DNA of 64,000 nt from an uncultured Acidobacteriota bacterium (GTDB lineage Bacteria; Acidobacteriota; UBA6911): NCBI GenBank assembly GCA_963809485.1, contig CAWEJX010000015.1, forward strand, positions 128,001 to 192,000. Direction: 5' to 3'. Positions 42,611-52,346 of the stretch are shown piece after piece. A model generated the notes under the pieces. That model was not told where the DNA came from. It saw only the letters and a list, made by a program, of their open reading frames with translations, and did not search any database. Each line of letters begins with the position of its first letter. The stretch's first letter is position 1. Made by a program: the position numbers and the translations under genes.

Positions 42611-43588
42611 ATGAGTCTTTCTATTTTGACAATTCTGATTTTTATTGTAACGCTGTTACTGACAATCAGCCTGTTCTATTTCCTTGTCATAGCCCCGGCC
42701 GAAAAAAGAAGACTGCGCCAGAGGATGGAGACTGTTAATTTTGAATTGGCGACAGCCGATTCTACAAATATTGAAACGCAATTGCTGCGCACCGAACTCC
42801 TCAGCGGAATCCCCTTTTTCCACCGAATGCTTCTCAACGTACCCTGGATGACGAAGCTGCAGCTTTTTGTTCAGCAGGCAGCGGTTGAAACCACAGTCGG
42901 AATGCTTTTGACGATCTCCTTCCTTTGCGGGTGGTTTGTTTTTCTCATTGTCTTGCTCCTTGCCGTACCGGCAGTCCTGGCCCTGATCCTTGGAATTGCC
43001 GCCTTCTGCGTGCCGTTTCTCGTAATTGCAGTTAAAAGACAAAAACGCTTTTTCAGGTTTGAAGAAATATTCCCTGATGCCATCGATCTTCTGGGCCGCG
43101 CAGTTCGCGCCGGGCACGCATTTACCACAGGTCTTGATCTCATCGCCAAGGAGATGCCTTCTCCGGTATCGGATGAATTCAGCCGCACATATACCGAACA
43201 GAATCTGGGCCTTCCTCTGCGGGACGCGCTTGAGAACTTGATGCGACGCATGCCGCTCCCCGATGTAAGGATTTTCGTCACGGCTTTGATGATTCAGAGA
43301 GACTCCGGCGGCAATCTCGCGGAGATTCTCGACAACCTGTCTCATGTTATACGAGAGCGTTTCAAACTTATGCGACAGGTCAGGGTCTACACAGCGCAAG
43401 GCCGTCTGTCTCTTTACCTTCTGTTAGCCATTCCCCCATTTATGGGAATTGCGATGTATTTCCTAAACCGGCAATATATCACGCTGCTTTTTACAGATCC
43501 GCTTGGACTTAGGTTTCTGACAGTCGGAATCATACTTCAGGTCATCGGTTATTTTGTTCTTCGCAAGGTTATACAGCCGAAAATTTAG
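42611..43588 (+). CDS. tadB: TadB platform protein
   Basis: FPDAIDLLGRAVRAGH, IQRDSGGNLAEILDNL..IRER, TAQGRLS. Confidence 0.94.
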   Translation: MSLSILTILIFIVTLLLTISLFYFLVIAPAEKRRLRQRMETVNFELATADSTNIETQLLRTELLSGIPFFHRMLLNVPWMTKLQLFVQQAAVETTVGMLLTISFLCGWFVFLIVLLLAVPAVLALILGIAAFCVPFLVIAVKRQKRFFRFEEIFPDAIDLLGRAVRAGHAFTTGLDLIAKEMPSPVSDEFSRTYTEQNLGLPLRDALENLMRRMPLPDVRIFVTALMIQRDSGGNLAEILDNLSHVIRERFKLMRQVRVYTAQGRLSLYLLLAIPPFMGIAMYFLNRQYITLLFTDPLGLRFLTVGIILQVIGYFVLRKVIQPKI

Positions 43589-43600
43589 GGGCTTGAAATC

Positions 43601-44518
43601 ATGGATATCAGGTGGATTTTTGCTCTCAGCGCAGTTTTTCTTTTCGCGGCGGTCTTTGTCTCGGGCTACGCCCTGCTGATGACCCGGCCCAATGTCGAAG
43701 AGCGTCTTCGTGGAACCCCGCATGTCAAAAAGCGCTTCGATTTGATGAACCTGGTAAGGCATTCGGAAAAAGTCCTGAAGCCCCTGGGGGAAATGCTGCC
43801 GAGATCACCCGAAGAGATGACGCGGCAGGAAAGGAGACTTACATCTGCCGGCATCCGAAGAAGGGATGGTCCATATATTCTATACGGCGTCAAGATAGCG
43901 CTTGTTGTGGTGCTCTTCATCCTTTTCACCGCGGCCTTGCCGATCCGGCTAAATGTAATGCTTTCGATTGCGCTGGCAATTCTTTTCGGGGCGCTTATCC
44001 CTGACCTGATTTTGTCGCGCCTCATCAAGAATAGAAAGGACAGCCTGCAGCGAGCCCTGCCGGATGCCTTGGATCTGGCAGTCGTCTCCGTGGAAGCGGG
44101 ATTAGGCCTGGACCAATCGCTGGTTAGAATCGGGCAGGAACTTAGGAACGTTTACCCATCTTTGAGCGACGAGTTGAACCTGTACAGTCTGGAAGTCAAT
44201 GCCGGGAGGAAGCGAGCGGAAGCCCTGCGAAACCTGGGGCAACGAACGGATGTGGATGACCTAAAATCATTTGTGACCGTCCTTATTCAAACGGACCGCT
44301 TCGGCACCAGTGTGGCGCAATCTCTCAGGGTTTTTGCCGACAGCATGCGTACTAAACGGAGACAACGCGCGGAAGAGCATGCTGCTAAGATGAGCATCAA
44401 GATGATTCCACCGCTGGTTTTCTTCATTTTCCCCGCCATATTCATTGTGGTGCTGGGCCCAGCGGTGATATCGATTATCCGGAATCTGCTTCCCAATCTT
44501 GGCGGCGGAGCGCCCTAA
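43601..44518 (+). CDS. tadC: TadC platform protein
   Basis: LPDALDL..SVEAGLGLDQ, QTDRFGTSVAQSLR, AEEHAAK..KMIPPLVFFIFP. Confidence 0.94.
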   Translation: MDIRWIFALSAVFLFAAVFVSGYALLMTRPNVEERLRGTPHVKKRFDLMNLVRHSEKVLKPLGEMLPRSPEEMTRQERRLTSAGIRRRDGPYILYGVKIALVVVLFILFTAALPIRLNVMLSIALAILFGALIPDLILSRLIKNRKDSLQRALPDALDLAVVSVEAGLGLDQSLVRIGQELRNVYPSLSDELNLYSLEVNAGRKRAEALRNLGQRTDVDDLKSFVTVLIQTDRFGTSVAQSLRVFADSMRTKRRQRAEEHAAKMSIKMIPPLVFFIFPAIFIVVLGPAVISIIRNLLPNLGGGAP

Positions 44519-44534
44519 CCAAAGGAGTGTGTTC

Positions 44535-44627
44535 ATGAATACAGTTCAGATTATTTCGGCAATCCTTGCGGTCATCGTTCTGGTGATTCTCATTCAACGC
44601 CTTCGCTCGCGGCGCACAAAACCTTAA
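44535..44627 (+). CDS. 30-aa single-TM small protein (not in ORF track)
   Basis: AAAGGAG RBS; MNTVQIISAILAVIVLVILIQRLRSRRTKP; fills the tadC-DUF192 gap. Confidence 0.75.
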   Translation: MNTVQIISAILAVIVLVILIQRLRSRRTKP

Positions 44628-44634
44628 ATCAAGC

Positions 44635-45024
44635 GTGCAGCGAGAATATTACTCGGTTCTGAACAAGACTAAGGGGAGTCGGATAGCTTCAAAGACCGAA
44701 GCGGCAGATTCCGCATTTGGGCGCATAAAGGGCCTTATCGGCCGGTTGCCTGAACAGTTTCCCCAGGGCAGGGGAATTTGGATTTTGCCCTGCAACGGGA
44801 TCCATACGTTCGGAATGCGGTTTCCTATAGACGTGGCCTATTTGGACTCCCGGAAACGTGTGGTACTCATTTATCACGCGCTGGTTCCCTATCGAATTGC
44901 CCGCCTGATGTTTAAGGCAAAAAGCGTTCTTGAGCTTCCGGCAGGAACCCTCGAATCCACGCATACTCAGCTAGGGGATGAGCTGGAATTCCGCTTGGTG
45001 CCAAGTGAAGAAAGTACAATGTAA
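44635..45024 (+). CDS. DUF192 family protein
   Basis: ADSAFGRIKGL, PCNGIHTFGMRFPIDV.YLD, SVLELPAG..GDEL. Confidence 0.9.
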   Translation: MQREYYSVLNKTKGSRIASKTEAADSAFGRIKGLIGRLPEQFPQGRGIWILPCNGIHTFGMRFPIDVAYLDSRKRVVLIYHALVPYRIARLMFKAKSVLELPAGTLESTHTQLGDELEFRLVPSEESTM

Positions 45025-45314
45025 TGTATATACATATTCAATGGATCGATCTCCTGCTAACATTAGCGGTGGCTGTCGTTTGCGGGTTCCTGGGCCTGGT
45101 AACCAGCAAGCACTACCGAGGAGCATGGTTCGTAAATATAGGCGTTGGATTTCTGGGAGCATTGGCAGGATTTGCTGTTTCCCGCTCATTTCCGGTTCCC
45201 AATGTTTATATACTGGAGATCGGCATCCACCGCTATCCCATTACCTGGGCAGTCATCGGTTCGGTTTTATTCGTAGCGGCACTGGGATTTTTTATAAAGC
45301 CTTCCCGGCATTAA
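45024..45314 (+). CDS. GlsB/YeaQ/YmgE (transglycosylase-associated) membrane protein
   Basis: NIGVGFLGALAG..PITWAVIGSVLFV; 3 TMs. Confidence 0.8.
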   Translation: MYIHIQWIDLLLTLAVAVVCGFLGLVTSKHYRGAWFVNIGVGFLGALAGFAVSRSFPVPNVYILEIGIHRYPITWAVIGSVLFVAALGFFIKPSRH

Positions 45315-45380
45315 ATCAAAAGAGCGACAGGCAGATAAAAGCTTTCCTTGGCATTGGATATTTGAGAAAGAAGCCCAAAA

Positions 45381-46661
45381 ATGCAACAGCTTACGCAAAA
45401 CGGCAAACAAGCGGCAGTGTTTGATGAGCAGACTCTTTCCCCGATCATGCCGGAATTGCCGGAAGAAACCGGGCTGGATTTTGCTTTCCTCGCCGACCTT
45501 GCACTTAAGGCTGTTGCTTCCGACACGAACTGCACTTCGGAACGAATGGCGGATAAACTCAAGCTTCCGATGGGCATTTCCGAGTCCGTTCTTCAGTATT
45601 TGTATCGCGAGAAATATATCGACATCCTGGAACGATCCGGAGTCCAAAGGAATAAATATGCCATGCTGGATCGTGGATGGGAAAAAGCTCAGCGGCTATT
45701 GAGCGTCTGCGGCTATGTCGGCGCTGCGCCTGTTAACCTCGATACCTACTCTGCCGGCGTCCGGTGGATGCATAAAAATACTGCGAAGGCCGATCCTGCA
45801 AATGTCGCGAAAGCCTACGCGGAGCTTGTCCTTTCTGATCGCGAACTGCAAACACTTGGTCTGATAGCGGATTCACGCCGAAGCTTGTTCCTGACCGGCC
45901 CTACCGGCTGCGGGAAGACGACGGCAGCCAAAGCACTCCATGCAGCGCTTGAAGGAGATATTTGGGTTCCCTATGCTATCGAAGTAGATAACCACGTGAT
46001 CCGGGTATGCGATCTGCACGTTCATCATGCCGTGGATCAGCCCGATGGGCGCTATGACAGGCGGTGGGTCAAGGTAAAACGGCCACTGGTTATAGTGGGC
46101 GGTGAGATGTCTATAGAATCGATGGATTTGATTTTCGCTGCCAACGTTAATTACTATGATGCCCCGTTCCAGGTTAAGGCAAATGGCGGCGTTTTGATCA
46201 TTGATGATTTTGGCCGGCAGCGGATGGAACCTCACGATCTGCTGAACCGATGGATTGTTCCGCTCGAAAACCACGTGGATTATTTAACGTTGCATACCGG
46301 CAAAAAGATTGAAGTGCCGTTCGAGCAGTTGCTGGTTTTTGCCACAAACCTGAATCCAAAGGATCTTGTGGATGAAGCATTTTTAAGACGCATGGGTTAC
46401 AGGCTGGCGTTTACGACACCCACTGCTGAAATCTATTCGCTGATCCTTCAGCGCTACATGGCAGCGCGCGGACTTAATTACAGGCCGGACCTGCTTTTCC
46501 TGCTCCTGGCGCGCTATGAACGCGAGAGCCGGACGATGAAAGCTTGCGAACCCAGGGATCTTATCGAGAGATGCCTGGATATCTGCAGATATGAAAACCG
46601 TCCCAGAGAAATCACCCCCGAAATCCTAGGCCGCGCCTGGGACAATTACTTCGGCGTTTAA
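45381..46661 (+). CDS. AAA+ ATPase with N-terminal winged-helix-like domain (paralog of 19242..20660)
   Basis: PEETGL, TGPTGCGKT, VGGEM, LIIDDFGRQ, LLNRWIVPLE, FATNL, AFLRR, CEPRDL. Confidence 0.88.
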   Translation: MQQLTQNGKQAAVFDEQTLSPIMPELPEETGLDFAFLADLALKAVASDTNCTSERMADKLKLPMGISESVLQYLYREKYIDILERSGVQRNKYAMLDRGWEKAQRLLSVCGYVGAAPVNLDTYSAGVRWMHKNTAKADPANVAKAYAELVLSDRELQTLGLIADSRRSLFLTGPTGCGKTTAAKALHAALEGDIWVPYAIEVDNHVIRVCDLHVHHAVDQPDGRYDRRWVKVKRPLVIVGGEMSIESMDLIFAANVNYYDAPFQVKANGGVLIIDDFGRQRMEPHDLLNRWIVPLENHVDYLTLHTGKKIEVPFEQLLVFATNLNPKDLVDEAFLRRMGYRLAFTTPTAEIYSLILQRYMAARGLNYRPDLLFLLLARYERESRTMKACEPRDLIERCLDICRYENRPREITPEILGRAWDNYFGV

Positions 46662-46749
46662 AAACAATTTCCACAATATAACCGCAGTTCGCAGCTTTCC
46701 TCGTGAGGGCGTCTCTCCATCACGGTCCTCATCCGGAATCATGCTCATT

Positions 46750-46878
46750 TTATTTGCGGGTATTGGCCTCTATCTGCTCCAGAATTTTCTGGAGTCTATT
46801 GGTCTTGCGAATGTAGATTATGGGGAAGTATATGGAAAGGCACGCGATAATGATCACGCAGGCAAACAGAATTTGCAT
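46750..46878 (-). CDS. 42-aa single-TM small protein
   Basis: GGAGGAGG RBS before ATG 46878; MQILFACVIIIACLSIYFPIIYIRKTNRLQKILEQIEANTRK. Confidence 0.7.
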   Translation of the reverse strand: MQILFACVIIIACLSIYFPIIYIRKTNRLQKILEQIEANTRK

Positions 46879-46960
46879 GGAATCCTCCTCCCAAAAAATA
46901 GATTTCGACATCATCATACACAAATACAGCCAGGAATCAATATCAGCCCAAGCCAAGTTG

Positions 46961-47060
46961 TTTAACGCTGACATACGCTGACGCTGGCTGACGAACGCTG
47001 AAAAAATACATATTTTTTGTCAGCGTATGTCAGCTTATGTCCGCGTGTGTCAGCGTTAAA
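46961..47060. repeat. 100-bp REP-like palindrome of ~10-bp tandem units
   Basis: Four (C)GCTGAC units, an A-rich/T-rich centre, then four GTCAGC(G)-like units; terminal TTTAACGCTGAC/GTCAGCGTTAAA is a perfect 12-bp inverted repeat. Confidence 0.8.
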
Positions 47061-47066
47061 AGTGGG

Positions 47067-49178
47067 TTAGCTGGCTTCCTGGGCGAAGCTGAAGTTCAGG
47101 ACGTTGCTTTCGAAGGCCATCAGCCAGGGGAGTTGGCCGGATAAGAGGACCTCAATTGCTGCGGGTTCCATCGGTTTGGCAAAGTAATACCCTTGCCCGT
47201 ATTCACACTTGAGCGTCTGAAGCATGCGCAGCTGTACCAGGTTCTCGATGCCTTCGGCGATGATTTCCATCTGCATGCTCTTGCCCAGTCCCACAATCGC
47301 CTGCGTGATCTTCCAGGTCTCGTCATTCAGTCCCAGGTTGCCGACGAAGGACTTGTCGATTTTCAGGCTGTCAATCGGAAACCGGTGCAGGTAGCTCAAC
47401 GACGAGTAGCCCGTGCCGAAGTCATCCATGTGCAGTTGAATATCCATCGCCTGGATCTGTGCAAGCGTCTTGGAAACGACTTCCGTGTTTTCCATCAATG
47501 CGCTTTCAATAATCTCCAGGCAAAGGCTGTTGGGCACAATTCCGGAACGCTCCAGGATTTTCTGCAGGTCCTTGACCAGCTCTTCACTCGCATAGTGCTG
47601 CGGACAAAGATTTACATTCAGCATTAGAGGATCTTTGTACATCTGCTGCCATTTGGCCATCTGCATGCAGGCTTCAAGCAGAACCCAGCGTTCGAGCGTA
47701 ATGAGAAGGCCTGTGGATTCGGCGACGTTCAGAAAATCCTTGGGATACGTCAATCCGCCCGGCCGCTGCCAGCGCAGCAGCGTTTCGACCCCCGCCATTC
47801 TCCCGGTCTTCAAATTCACAATCGGCTGATAGTGAAGCCTGAATTCCTTCTGGTCCAGCGCTTTGCGGAAATCCGTTTCCAATTTGAGCCGCGCAACCGC
47901 GCTGGCCCTCATGTTGCAATCAAAGATCTCAAACCGGCACCTGGACTCATTCTTTGCCCGGTGCAAGGCCGTATAGGCATCGCGTATCAAATCCTCCGCG
48001 CAGGCATATTCCCCATTGTTGAGCGTGATGCCGATATGAGCCGTCACATACACGGTCTGCCCTTCAAGCTGGAAGGCTTGATTCAGCGCATGCAGCAGAC
48101 GGGCAACCACGATGGTGGCCTGCCTGCCGTCTGCCACATCTTCCAGGAGCAGCACAAAATCGTCGTTTCCGAAATGCGCCACGGTGTCGTTCGAGGACAG
48201 GGTTGACTGAATCTTGCGCGCAATCTGGCACAGCAGCCGGTCCGCCGAAACGTGTCCCATGCTCGACGCAATCGCCTTCATTCCGTCGAGTTCCACTGCG
48301 GCAACGCCGAAAGCCGATCCCTTCGGCCGGGTGTGTTTCAGCGCCCGCTCCATCCGATCCAGCAGCAATACACGATTCGGCAGACCGGTCAGCGGATTGT
48401 ATACTTTACGATCGGTAATGTCGGTCTGCGATCCCGCAATCCGCGTGGCCTTGCCGTTTTCATCGCGCTGCGCAAGCCCCCGGCACAATACCCACCGGTA
48501 GGCTCCGTCGGCATCCGCGATACGGTATTCGCTCTCGAAATGGCTCGTCAGCCCCGCAATATGCTGGTTGATCCTCTTCTCCACCTGCTCCTTGTCGGCC
48601 GGGTGAATCCTGTTGAACCAATCCATGGGGGAACTGCCGATCTGGCCATCCGAATACCCGAGCATCGATTTCCATCGAGGCGAAAAATAGATCTCCTTGG
48701 CCTTCACATTCCAGTCCCAGAGCCCGTCATTGGCGCCCTGGATTGCCAGCGAATAGCGTTCTTCGCTCAAACGCAGCCTCTTTTCCATGCGGTGCTTGTA
48801 AAGTGCGATTTCTATGTGGCTGTGCAGTTCCCTTTCCTCAAACGGCTTGATCATGTAGCCGAAGGGTTCCGTAACCTTTGCACGCTCGAGCGTCTTTTCA
48901 TCAGCGCACGCCGTAAGGAAAATCACCGGGATGTCCAGGCAGGAATGTATGGCCTCAGCCGTCTGGACTCCGTCCATGTTCCCCTTCAGCATGATGTCCA
49001 TCAGCACCAGGTCCGGCCGGCCAGCTTTCACCTTTTCTATGGCATCAGCGCCTGTGGCTGCCGTGCCCACCACTTCATAGCCAAGGATTTTCAGGCTGTT
49101 CGCGAGGTCCAGCGCGACTATGGTCTCGTCCTCGACCACGAATATTCGGATTGGCGTTTTTTTCATCTGTTGGGTCAT
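47067..49178 (-). CDS. REC-PAS-GGDEF(degenerate)-EAL protein, probable c-di-GMP phosphodiesterase
   Basis: FVVEDE..LMDI..KPF (REC), GLWDW..IHPAD (PAS), AHFGNDDF, YQPIV..GVETLLRW, DDFGTGYSSL, KIDKSF, AEGIE, GQGY. Confidence 0.92.
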   Translation of the reverse strand: MTQQMKKTPIRIFVVEDETIVALDLANSLKILGYEVVGTAATGADAIEKVKAGRPDLVLMDIMLKGNMDGVQTAEAIHSCLDIPVIFLTACADEKTLERAKVTEPFGYMIKPFEERELHSHIEIALYKHRMEKRLRLSEERYSLAIQGANDGLWDWNVKAKEIYFSPRWKSMLGYSDGQIGSSPMDWFNRIHPADKEQVEKRINQHIAGLTSHFESEYRIADADGAYRWVLCRGLAQRDENGKATRIAGSQTDITDRKVYNPLTGLPNRVLLLDRMERALKHTRPKGSAFGVAAVELDGMKAIASSMGHVSADRLLCQIARKIQSTLSSNDTVAHFGNDDFVLLLEDVADGRQATIVVARLLHALNQAFQLEGQTVYVTAHIGITLNNGEYACAEDLIRDAYTALHRAKNESRCRFEIFDCNMRASAVARLKLETDFRKALDQKEFRLHYQPIVNLKTGRMAGVETLLRWQRPGGLTYPKDFLNVAESTGLLITLERWVLLEACMQMAKWQQMYKDPLMLNVNLCPQHYASEELVKDLQKILERSGIVPNSLCLEIIESALMENTEVVSKTLAQIQAMDIQLHMDDFGTGYSSLSYLHRFPIDSLKIDKSFVGNLGLNDETWKITQAIVGLGKSMQMEIIAEGIENLVQLRMLQTLKCEYGQGYYFAKPMEPAAIEVLLSGQLPWLMAFESNVLNFSFAQEAS

Positions 49179-49186
49179 GGAAACAC

Positions 49187-52120
49187 TCAATTTTTGGCGT
49201 CCGGGATGCCGATTTCGCAAATAAAGCCGTTCTGGTTGCGGTACCGGATCGTTCCGCCCAACTGCTCGGTCAGGCTGCGAACCAGTTTTAGGCCGAGAGA
49301 ATCGCTTGCTTCGGGATCCCCTCCTTCCAAAAATCCGACACCGCTGTCACGGACTACAAGTTTCAGCCCCTGACCGTCTACGGCGCCAAACTGAACCTTG
49401 ATTTCCCCACCCTCTCCTTCGGGAAACGCATACTTAAATGCGTTGGAAACCAGTTCATTGATGATCAGTCCGCATGGGATAGCAACATCGAGGTTCATCG
49501 GTACCGGATCCACCTCCAGGTTCAGGCGAACGGTGGCGGCATCCACCCGGTAGGAGCGCGACAGGTGGCCTGTCAGGCTGCGCACATATCCCGCAAAGTC
49601 TATCTTGGCAAGGTCGCTGGACTGGTACAGCCGCTCGTGAATCAAGGCCATCGCTTTGACCCGGTCCTGGCTTTCCCGGAATTTCTGGCTTGCCTTGGGA
49701 TCTTCAATTTCCGCACTCTGAAGATTCAGAAGGCTGGAGATGATTTGCAGGTTGTTCTTGACGCGGTGGTGTATCTCCTTGAGCAGAACTTCCTTTTCCT
49801 TCAGCGAAGACTTGATCTGCTCCTCCGCCTGCCTGGAGTCGGTAATATCGCGATATTGCCACAAATGATAGTGGGTTCCTTCATCCACCGAAAGCGGAAC
49901 ATAGTTGCGCAGAAATATCCGATTCTGCCATTCAATTTCCTCGCCCAACACCGGCGTTTTTGCTTTGATGATGCCCTCCATGCGCGAAGCAAACTGGGCG
50001 GTTTGGGCAAAGAGCAGGCGGGAATCGACACCGAAAAGCGCTTGCGGGGGCACGGGAATCTTAAATGTATCGGCGAAGGGCTGGTTCACATGCGTGATCC
50101 TGCGCGCTTCATCCTCAACCAGGACACCCGATTGCAGGTGGTTGATCAGGCTGGAGAGCATGGTCGTCGCCGTGCGCAGCCGATCCTCAGCCTGCTTTTG
50201 TTTTGTGATATCCTCCGCAATTCCCACAATTCTGTATACAGCTCCAGCTTCGTCGCGCACCGGGAAGGCCCGGTCATGGACCCATCGAATGGATCCATCG
50301 GGCCGCACCACCCTGTACTCTTCGTCGTATTCGCCCCAACCCTGTTTCACCAGGGCTTCGGAAACCCGCGTCTGATCCTCTTTGTGAATGGCGCGCAGCC
50401 ACGATCCGGGATCCCGTTGCAGGCTTGTGGTGCTCGCTCCCCAGATTTCCTCATATCCCGGGCTTACATACTGCTTAGTACGCCCGTCGGGCGACGAGAT
50501 CCAGAAAACGGCCTGAATATTTCCCGTGAGCTGCCGGAACTGCTGTTCCACGCGGACACTTGCGATCAGCGTTCCAAGGATCTGCCCAGCCATCTTCAGA
50601 CCATCCACTTCGGAATCCAGCCAGTCCCTGTCAATGAAGCACTGTTCCAGGCCCAGGCAACCCCACCATTGATGGTCCACAAACATGGGGATGATAACGC
50701 CCGAGCGTATGCCCAGGGTTTGCAGCATTTCCTGCCGTTTGCGCGGGCATTCACCGGTCTGGAAAAGATAGGGGTGCCCTGTCGACAATCCACTGGCGCT
50801 TTCTTCTATCATCTGTCCGCGCAGCAAATTCAGCATCCGCTGATCATTCTGATCCGTCGTAAGCCCAGGATTCGTCCATTCGTATAAGCAAGCATTTCCG
50901 ATCTGGCCGCCGAGCCGGTCGATGCGGTTGTCGATCAGAAATACGCGCGTCACTCCGGTGGCCTCACCCAGCTTTGCCGTTATTTCCCGGACACCGGCTT
51001 CCCAACCGGTCTTCCCGAGAAACTGCTGGGCAGCATGCCCTACTGCGTCGAGGATCGCGTCTCTGCGCTTCATCTGCCATTCGGTTCCCCTGGTCTGGGT
51101 GACACCCACCGCGATTCCATAGGCATTGAGTGAAGCGATGACAAGAATTCCCAGCAGAACTTGTGCCAAATCCAGCGCCAGATCCGCCCGGAGAAAGACG
51201 GCAATAGTGGTCCCCATTAACAGAGGCGCGGCCACCGACGCTCCTTCAATTCCGCGTCGAACAGAGGCCCAAACAAGAGGAGTGGAAAGAAGCACAAACA
51301 TCAAAAGCTTTTCGGATACGAATCCTTGAAAAATGAGATAAAGAGCCAGTATGGTCAGACAGACGAAAGAAAGCGCAAAAACGGTATCCTGCCTGTTCGC
51401 ACCGAGCGGCTGAAGGTTCCGGATCAGGGACTCTTTGTCAACCCTAATTCCGAATAATGCCGTCTCAAGCCGTGGAGCCAGATGAACCACCACAAGCGGA
51501 GTGAGCATGTAAATACCGGCTGCGAAGCCGACCGCGTGAATCCGCAACTGTTCCAGGAAGAGGCTCAGTTGGAATGGCTGGCCCATGATGGCATAGCCTG
51601 CCGAAGCCGCACCAAGCATCAGTGAGCCAAACGATCCGATAATCATGAACTTCGCCAGATCCCAACCGTTTTTCAGCGAGATTCGATGCCCGGAAGACAG
51701 ATGCCGGAGACCCGCTGCGGCGGAAATTTCCAGCAGCGCAACACCCAGGCAGCATAGCAATGCTATTGGAACCGGCAATTTTAGCGGGTGCAGCCAGAGG
51801 CCATCCGCTGCGATGGCAAGGACAACTGCAGGCGCATACCAGAGGCCATACGCCAGAAGCAACCCGAGGTTCAGGCCTGCCGTCAGGCTGAATTCGCCGA
51901 ACAAACCGTATATGCCCGTAGTCCGGACGCCCCATTCCAGGGCCATATATGCAAACAGATAAAATACGCAAGGCACGAGCGGGCGCAGGCTGTATCCGAA
52001 CCGCGGGACAAGGCTGAATTCGCCCCTCAGTTCTCCAGCTTCGACTTTTGTGGCTTCTTCCATAGGTATCCGAAGAAAACAGGTGTATTCCATTTTCTTA
52101 TCGGTCAGTCGGCCGTTCAA
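49187..52120 (-). CDS. MASE1-like/GAF/PAS/PAS histidine kinase (HisKA_2 type)
   Basis: Hydrophobic N-terminus, YEWT..IPMFVD.QWWG (GAF), YVSPGYEEIWG (PAS), LKEIHHRVKNNLQ, NELVSNAFKYAF, DSGVG, SLGL. Confidence 0.92.
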   Translation of the reverse strand: MNGRLTDKKMEYTCFLRIPMEEATKVEAGELRGEFSLVPRFGYSLRPLVPCVFYLFAYMALEWGVRTTGIYGLFGEFSLTAGLNLGLLLAYGLWYAPAVVLAIAADGLWLHPLKLPVPIALLCCLGVALLEISAAAGLRHLSSGHRISLKNGWDLAKFMIIGSFGSLMLGAASAGYAIMGQPFQLSLFLEQLRIHAVGFAAGIYMLTPLVVVHLAPRLETALFGIRVDKESLIRNLQPLGANRQDTVFALSFVCLTILALYLIFQGFVSEKLLMFVLLSTPLVWASVRRGIEGASVAAPLLMGTTIAVFLRADLALDLAQVLLGILVIASLNAYGIAVGVTQTRGTEWQMKRRDAILDAVGHAAQQFLGKTGWEAGVREITAKLGEATGVTRVFLIDNRIDRLGGQIGNACLYEWTNPGLTTDQNDQRMLNLLRGQMIEESASGLSTGHPYLFQTGECPRKRQEMLQTLGIRSGVIIPMFVDHQWWGCLGLEQCFIDRDWLDSEVDGLKMAGQILGTLIASVRVEQQFRQLTGNIQAVFWISSPDGRTKQYVSPGYEEIWGASTTSLQRDPGSWLRAIHKEDQTRVSEALVKQGWGEYDEEYRVVRPDGSIRWVHDRAFPVRDEAGAVYRIVGIAEDITKQKQAEDRLRTATTMLSSLINHLQSGVLVEDEARRITHVNQPFADTFKIPVPPQALFGVDSRLLFAQTAQFASRMEGIIKAKTPVLGEEIEWQNRIFLRNYVPLSVDEGTHYHLWQYRDITDSRQAEEQIKSSLKEKEVLLKEIHHRVKNNLQIISSLLNLQSAEIEDPKASQKFRESQDRVKAMALIHERLYQSSDLAKIDFAGYVRSLTGHLSRSYRVDAATVRLNLEVDPVPMNLDVAIPCGLIINELVSNAFKYAFPEGEGGEIKVQFGAVDGQGLKLVVRDSGVGFLEGGDPEASDSLGLKLVRSLTEQLGGTIRYRNQNGFICEIGIPDAKN

Positions 52121-52346
52121 CTATAGTGTTTGGAATCACAAAGCCTGCTTTTATGCTTTTATGGGGAGAGCTGACCGCCGACCAGGAAAATAGAAATATT
52201 TATTCGGGGCTTACCGCAGTCTTACTCTCAGTAAAGCCTTATGTAGCCTTTTGGCGACAATGCTGTGAACCGATTAGAGGGCAGGCATTTAAAGCGGGAA
52301 TCCCCAAGCCTTTCAGCGGATGGACAATAACATCATGCTGTCGGCG

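Noticed and set aside
46961-47060. CRISPR array
   Set aside because: Units are ~10 bp, inverted, without spacers, and there are no cas genes.
48252-50887. Long plus-strand ORFs of 373 and 440 aa
   Set aside because: Antisense shadows of the GC-rich EAL and kinase genes, with no recognisable motifs.
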